Of a stretch of 64,000 nt of DNA, positions 59,413 to 64,000 are shown one piece after another. The stretch comes from Marinicella sp. (GTDB lineage: Bacteria > Pseudomonadota > Gammaproteobacteria > Xanthomonadales > Marinicellaceae), in the NCBI GenBank assembly GCA_965230295.1, contig OZ246001.1, positions 928,001-992,000 on the forward strand, given 5' to 3'. How positions within the stretch are numbered: the first letter of the stretch is position 1; every line of letters begins with the position of its first letter. The position numbers were made by a program, and so were the translations under genes. A model generated the notes under the pieces. It ran no database searches, was not told the origin of the DNA, and saw nothing but the letters and a program-made list of their open reading frames with translations.

Positions 59413-59560
59413 GTATACCGATCTGTATACGTTGAAGCATATAGTATACAGATCGGTATACACTGTCAAGCATTAATTTTTTTGATTTATTAAAATAAAG
59501 GTGATTTGCATCAATATATGAAAGAGTGTATGATGAGAAAAAGTAAACATATCGGTATAT
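59413..59560. promoter_or_regulatory. Three 18-bp palindromic operators, probably bound by the adjacent TetR
   Basis: GTATACCGATCTGTATAC (59413-59430), its exact reverse complement GTATACAGATCGGTATAC (59444-59461), and a degenerate copy GTAAACATATCGGTATAT (59543-59560). Confidence 0.8.
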
Positions 59561-59563
59561 TAA

Positions 59564-60121
59564 ATGTCAATAAAGAGGCAACAACTCATCGACACAGCCA
59601 TTAAGTTATTTAACGAACATGGATTTCATGGAGTAGGCATCGACTGGATTGCAAGAGATGCTGGTGTTACAAAAAAAACCATGTACCACCATTTTCATTC
59701 TAAAGATGAGTTGATACTGGCGGCCTTACATCACCATGATGGCCTTTTCAGAAATGAATTCATGAATGGTGTCAAAAACAATTTTGAAACACCTTACGAT
59801 AGGCTTTTAGGAATTTTTGATGCAGCACATGTATGGTTTTCTGATCATAAGTTTTACGGTTGCATGTTCATTAATGCAATTGGCGAGTATTCCGAATCAG
59901 CTTCCCCCATACGGAGTGTTTGTAAAGAGTTTAAAAAACAGATGCGCCAATTTATTGTGTTGTTAGCTAAAGATGCTGGGGTAAAAGACCCAGAAACCTT
60001 GGCAAATACTTTGGCAATTCTCTTAGAGGGTTCTATTGTTACAGCCCAGGTTTCAGAAAATCCGAATGCAGCAATTGATGCAAAACAAGCTGCCAAAGTA
60101 TTGGTCGATAATGCTTTGTAA
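59564..60121 (+). CDS. TetR/AcrR-family regulator (NemR-like)
   Basis: HTH GIDWIARDAGVTKKTMYHHFHSKDEL, FYGCMFINA. Divergent from the redox operon. Confidence 0.93.
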   Translation: MSIKRQQLIDTAIKLFNEHGFHGVGIDWIARDAGVTKKTMYHHFHSKDELILAALHHHDGLFRNEFMNGVKNNFETPYDRLLGIFDAAHVWFSDHKFYGCMFINAIGEYSESASPIRSVCKEFKKQMRQFIVLLAKDAGVKDPETLANTLAILLEGSIVTAQVSENPNAAIDAKQAAKVLVDNAL

Positions 60122-60169
60122 AGGTTAATAATCATTCAACTTCATTAACAATTCATAAAAACCCATTCA

Positions 60170-60505
60170 TCATCAGTTTCTGAACGCCTTAGAATTCCGA
60201 TCAGTGCTCGGCTTTATTGATGAAGCACCTTATTCTATTTTTTTGTAATTAATGGATTACCGTTCAATTGAATTTTTAAATCTAATAAGTTTTGTCTAGA
60301 GCGCCTCTGCGGCTTGAATTGAATTTGCTTCCGGTTTTTTATAGAGTATCTGGGCATTGGCCATTTCTAACAACTTTAAATTGGTAGTTAATCATTGATT
60401 AACCTGGTTGATGGCTTGCTTCAATGTCACCACTTCTCATTGAAATTTTTGCAAAACTTCCGTCAATTCAGCAGGTATGGTGGTGTTGGGTAATCTTTTG
60501 ACTTC
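60170..60505 (-). pseudogene. Possible decayed gene fragment
   Basis: Minus strand reads EVKRLPNTTIPAELTEVLQKFQ*EVVTLKQAINQVNQ*LTTNLKLLEMA, which is protein-like with several stops. Identity uncertain. Confidence 0.3.
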
Positions 60506-60614
60506 AAAATAAAGTACTGTTTTGATTCTCAATCAGTATTGAAAGAGTGATCAGTTCTTCTGGCTGGTTTTTTAGGGCTGTATTGCCTATGATAACCCCT
60601 CTAACAAATAAAGT

Positions 60615-62657
60615 ATGAGGTATGACTTGAGGCTTGAATCAACATTTATCCAATTACCATGTCTGTTTGATCAATCAAAGTTACAGCAGGATATTTCAGC
60701 ACTTCCCAATGAAGCCTGGCGAAGTCACCCTCAAGGGTTTGCGGGCAATTCAGCGGTTTCCCTGATAGCCCGTCATGGTGATGCCAATGATGACCGCACA
60801 TATGGATCCATGCAAGCAACACAATGGCTGGATCAATTGCCATACATCAAAGCCGTGATGGCTTACTTTAAAACACCATTGGGCCGTTCTCGCTTGATGC
60901 GCATCGAAGGCGATGCCCAAGTTCCCAGCCACACAGACCTTGACTACTACTGGCAAGGACGCATGCGACTTCATGTGCCCATCATCACCAATCCGAGTGT
61001 ACGTTTTGAGTGTGGTGATGACGCTGTACATATGTCGGCAGGTGAAGCCTGGGTGTTTGACACCACCGAATTACACCGTGTTCTCAATGAAGAAGGTGGA
61101 GAACGCATTCACTTGGTTTTTGATACTGTGGGCAGTGCTCATTTATATGATTTGATCTCAAAATTTCCATCTCCAACGATTGAATCACTTGATCAGACAC
61201 CCTTATCCATCGAAAAGACTGATTTGTTGTTCGAATCTCACAACAGGCCTCAGGTCATGAGCCCATATGAGCAGCAAGTCATTATGAATGAATTTTTGGG
61301 TTTATTAACCACCGAACATGACCCCAATGTGGTTGAATCAATAGCCACAGCATTCAAACCCGTCATGCATGACTGGCGAGCTGCGTGGGCTCAGTATGGG
61401 ACCAACCCATCCGGTCACAACACTTTCATTGAATTACAAAAACGTTTGGCTCAGATCGCAACGAATTGTGGAGCAAATAGAACTTTAAGGAATTCTGCGA
61501 TCGAGTTGTGGTTGCAGCATTGGTTGGTTGATCCGGCTGTGGATGTGGATGAAACCAAGAACACATCCAGGGGACACCAAACACCCAAATCAAACCAGGT
61601 CGAGCAGGCACAGATGTCATTTGACAGTCAATATACTGATAGTTTGCCTGGTTTGATTGCGCATCTGAATGGCACTTTGGTAGCCACCACCTACGCCAGT
61701 AATCGGGTGGTCTTGATGCGTTCTGATGGTCATGATCTGAACACCCATTTCAAAGACTATACTGGCCCGATGGGGCTGGCTTATGATGACAATCATATGG
61801 CTTTGGGGGTACAAAATGCCATCTGGATTTTTCGATCACAACCCGACCTTGGCGCCGCACTACAGCCCAATTGCGATGCGGTTTATGTACCCTTCAAACA
61901 GCACATGACCGGAGACATTCGGATTCATGAGCTGGGTTGGTCAGACAATGAACTGTGGCTGGTCAACACCCGATTTTCTTGTTTGGCCACCCTGGATGAG
62001 GATCACAGCTTCAAACCTCGTTGGCACCCTAAGTTTATCAAAGACTTGAGTGCTGAAGACGCTTGTCACCTCAACGGGATGGCCATGCGTGATGGTAAGC
62101 CTGCATGGGTCACTGCCTTGGGCATCAGTGATCAACCTGGTGGTTGGCGAGCGCATAAACTGCAAGGCGGTGTGGTCATAGATGTGGCCAGTGGTGAAGT
62201 GGCCACTGACGGTTTATGCATGCCACATTCACCAAGATGGCATGGCAACAATTTGTGGGTACTTGATTCTGGACGTGGTGAATTGTGTCAAGTCAACCCA
62301 CAAAACGGACAGCGCGAAACAGTTGCTAAATTTCCCGGCTTCACACGAGGTTTGGCGATGATAGATCGCTATGCATTTGTTGGATGTTCTCGAGTGAGAG
62401 AGAAAGCATGGTTTGGCGGTTTACCCATTCTGGATCAAGACAAACCACCTGAGTGCGGCGTGTGGGTTGTGGATTTGGTTACTGGTCAAATCATTGGTTG
62501 GATAGTTTTTGCAAATGGTCTTGATGAAATATTTGATTTGCAATGGTTGCCTGGCCAACGGTGGCCAGACATTCTGGAACCGGATGAACCGACAGCCAGA
62601 AATGGCTTCAGCTTACCTGCCGAAAAAATCAACCATTTTAACCCTGGCAAAACTTAA
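60615..62657 (+). CDS. Asp/Asn beta-hydroxylase-like domain fused to TIGR03032 (DUF4915) domain
   Basis: N-terminal: RSRLM, HTD, RLHVPI, FDTTELHRVLN. C-terminal: TGDIRIHE, VNTRFSCL, SFKPRWHPKFI, EDACHLNGMA, GLCMPHSPRW, PGFTRGL. Confidence 0.88.
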   Translation: MRYDLRLESTFIQLPCLFDQSKLQQDISALPNEAWRSHPQGFAGNSAVSLIARHGDANDDRTYGSMQATQWLDQLPYIKAVMAYFKTPLGRSRLMRIEGDAQVPSHTDLDYYWQGRMRLHVPIITNPSVRFECGDDAVHMSAGEAWVFDTTELHRVLNEEGGERIHLVFDTVGSAHLYDLISKFPSPTIESLDQTPLSIEKTDLLFESHNRPQVMSPYEQQVIMNEFLGLLTTEHDPNVVESIATAFKPVMHDWRAAWAQYGTNPSGHNTFIELQKRLAQIATNCGANRTLRNSAIELWLQHWLVDPAVDVDETKNTSRGHQTPKSNQVEQAQMSFDSQYTDSLPGLIAHLNGTLVATTYASNRVVLMRSDGHDLNTHFKDYTGPMGLAYDDNHMALGVQNAIWIFRSQPDLGAALQPNCDAVYVPFKQHMTGDIRIHELGWSDNELWLVNTRFSCLATLDEDHSFKPRWHPKFIKDLSAEDACHLNGMAMRDGKPAWVTALGISDQPGGWRAHKLQGGVVIDVASGEVATDGLCMPHSPRWHGNNLWVLDSGRGELCQVNPQNGQRETVAKFPGFTRGLAMIDRYAFVGCSRVREKAWFGGLPILDQDKPPECGVWVVDLVTGQIIGWIVFANGLDEIFDLQWLPGQRWPDILEPDEPTARNGFSLPAEKINHFNPGKT

Positions 62658-62722
62658 CCCCTCTTAAAGGAAGTGACATCGCACAGACCTGACTTTGGAT
62701 AGTTTGCCAACCTCACAGACAC

Positions 62723-62756
62723 AACCCAACCCTTCGGACCAGTGAAGGGTTGGGTT
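62723..62756. terminator. Hairpin between convergent genes
   Basis: AACCCAACCCTTC-N8-GAAGGGTTGGGTT, a perfect 13-bp stem. Confidence 0.75.
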
Positions 62757-62767
62757 TGCTGCCATAC

Positions 62768-64000
62768 TTATTCGAAACCATTTGCAAAAATGACATCAGA
62801 TAATGTGGTTGAGGTAAAGGTGTCTGAAACCCCACCAATGGTCACTTCGGTATCTACCGGGGTAAGGATGGTAGATGCTGAGGTGTGTTGTGCCCTGACT
62901 TCATCGCCATCGACCACTGTACCTGGAGTGGAAACAAAAGGCCCTCCATTGATTGAGTAACTACCACCAGTGACAGAGATGGCAACCATTGTATTGATTC
63001 CCGTAACTGTGATGGTGTTGGAGGTTTGTAACGAGTCCGGAGACACATCTGTTGTATCAGTGAAACTGAACGCATCAGGTGTGGCATCTTCAAGCAGAGT
63101 CGTGGAAGAAAAGGTATCACTGACACCGCCAATGGTAAGCTCTGTATCCACCGTGGTGTTGAATGATGACGATGAAGTATGCTGTACAGCCACTGTATCA
63201 CCATCGACCACTGTACCTGGAGTCGAGACAAATGGACCACCATTCACCGAATAACTGCCATCAGTCACAGTAATCGCAACAGATGTGTTGATTCCACTGA
63301 CATTGATCGTATTCGAGGTTTGTAATGTATTCAAGGCCACATCGGTCTGGTCTGTGAAACTGAACGCATCAGGTGTGGCATCTTCGAGCAGAGTCGTAGA
63401 AGAAAAGGTATCACTGACGCCGCCAATGGTAAGCTCTGTATCCACCGTGGTGTTGAATGATGACGATGAAGTATGCTGTACAGCCACTGTATCACCATCG
63501 ACCACTGAGCCTGGAGTCGAGACAAATGGACCACCATTCACCGAATAACTGCCATCAGTCACTGTAATCGCAACAGATGTGTTGATTCCACTGACATTGA
63601 TCGTATTCGAGGTTTGTAATGTATTCAAAGCCACATCGGTCTGGTCTGTGAAACTGAACGCATCAGGTGTGGCATCTTCAACTTCCGTAGTCGATGTGAA
63701 TGTGTCATCAACACCCCCAACAGTCACAACTGTGTCTACAGCTGTACTGAAGGCTGCAGATGATGTGTGGTGAGCTCGCACCATATCACCATTGTTCACC
63801 GTTCCTGGCGCCGTCTCCAAGGGTCCGCCATTGATTGAATAGCTACCTCCGATGACAGTGATTGGAGTGGGTGAATTGATGCCAGTGATGTCGACCGGAT
63901 CAGAATCAATGGTCGCACTCAAAGCCACATCAGTTTGATCTGTAAAAGTGAATGCATCAGGTGTGGTATCAATGTTGTTGATTGCTATGTAGTCTTCAAC
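62768..64000 (-). CDS. 3' part of a large surface protein with 98-aa Thr/Ser-rich Ig-like repeats and DVIFANGFE tail
   Basis: The frame stays open to the window edge (VEDYIAINNIDTTPDAFTFTDQTDVAL), so 63928 is not the true start. VEDY may be the end of a GEVED domain. Confidence 0.88.
   Translation of the reverse strand, partial: VEDYIAINNIDTTPDAFTFTDQTDVALSATIDSDPVDITGINSPTPITVIGGSYSINGGPLETAPGTVNNGDMVRAHHTSSAAFSTAVDTVVTVGGVDDTFTSTTEVEDATPDAFSFTDQTDVALNTLQTSNTINVSGINTSVAITVTDGSYSVNGGPFVSTPGSVVDGDTVAVQHTSSSSFNTTVDTELTIGGVSDTFSSTTLLEDATPDAFSFTDQTDVALNTLQTSNTINVSGINTSVAITVTDGSYSVNGGPFVSTPGTVVDGDTVAVQHTSSSSFNTTVDTELTIGGVSDTFSSTTLLEDATPDAFSFTDTTDVSPDSLQTSNTITVTGINTMVAISVTGGSYSINGGPFVSTPGTVVDGDEVRAQHTSASTILTPVDTEVTIGGVSDTFTSTTLSDVIFANGFE
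62795..63970. repeat. Four 294-bp tandem repeats
   Basis: GAAACTGAACGCATCAGGTGTGG at 63062, 63356 and 63650, with a diverged copy near 63944. The middle two units are nearly identical. Confidence 0.9.

Noticed and set aside
60270-60290. TCTAA near 60281 as the far boundary of the second transposon
   Set aside because: It is not preceded by ACA or by inverted TnsB-type sites.

Overview
Gammaproteobacterial chromosomal window. The gene content and the recurrent C-terminal DxIFxxGFE tails suggest a Marinicella/Xanthomonadales-like lineage (inference). It has four parts. (1) <1-25408, minus strand: a >25 kb five-gene operon of exported proteins. It encodes a Cys-less rhodanese-like protein, a membrane-anchored transglutaminase-like enzyme, a 3699-aa Gly-rich/Ig/FN3 protein, a signal-peptide Rhs protein with a Cys-rich, poly-Gly cargo and no immunity gene, and a >2750-aa Ca-binding/Calx-beta-like/Rhs protein that the ORF track missed because it runs off the window. 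(2) 26044-52650: core genes (moxR-DUF58-tgpA, nitrilase, amidohydrolase, rppH, a diguanylate cyclase, gatCAB, mreBCD-mrdA-rodA-mltB-rlpA-dacA-ybeD-lipB-lipA). (3) 52651-56875: a non-autonomous Tn7-like element inserted at the lipA stop codon. It has TGT/ACA ends, 20-bp TnsB-type sites, a 5-bp TCTAA duplication and a truncated tnsA. Its cargo is an interrupted zinc peptidase, an IPTL-CTERM-like protein, an orphan and a HEPN-like gene. A second element end abuts it at 56881, pointing to lipA as a reused attachment site. (4) 57000-64000: a MITE-like palindrome cluster, a TetR-controlled AhpD-like/YHS/DoxX module with clear operators, a beta-hydroxylase-TIGR03032 fusion, and the 3' end of a repeat-rich surface protein. 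No rRNA, tRNA or CRISPR array was seen.
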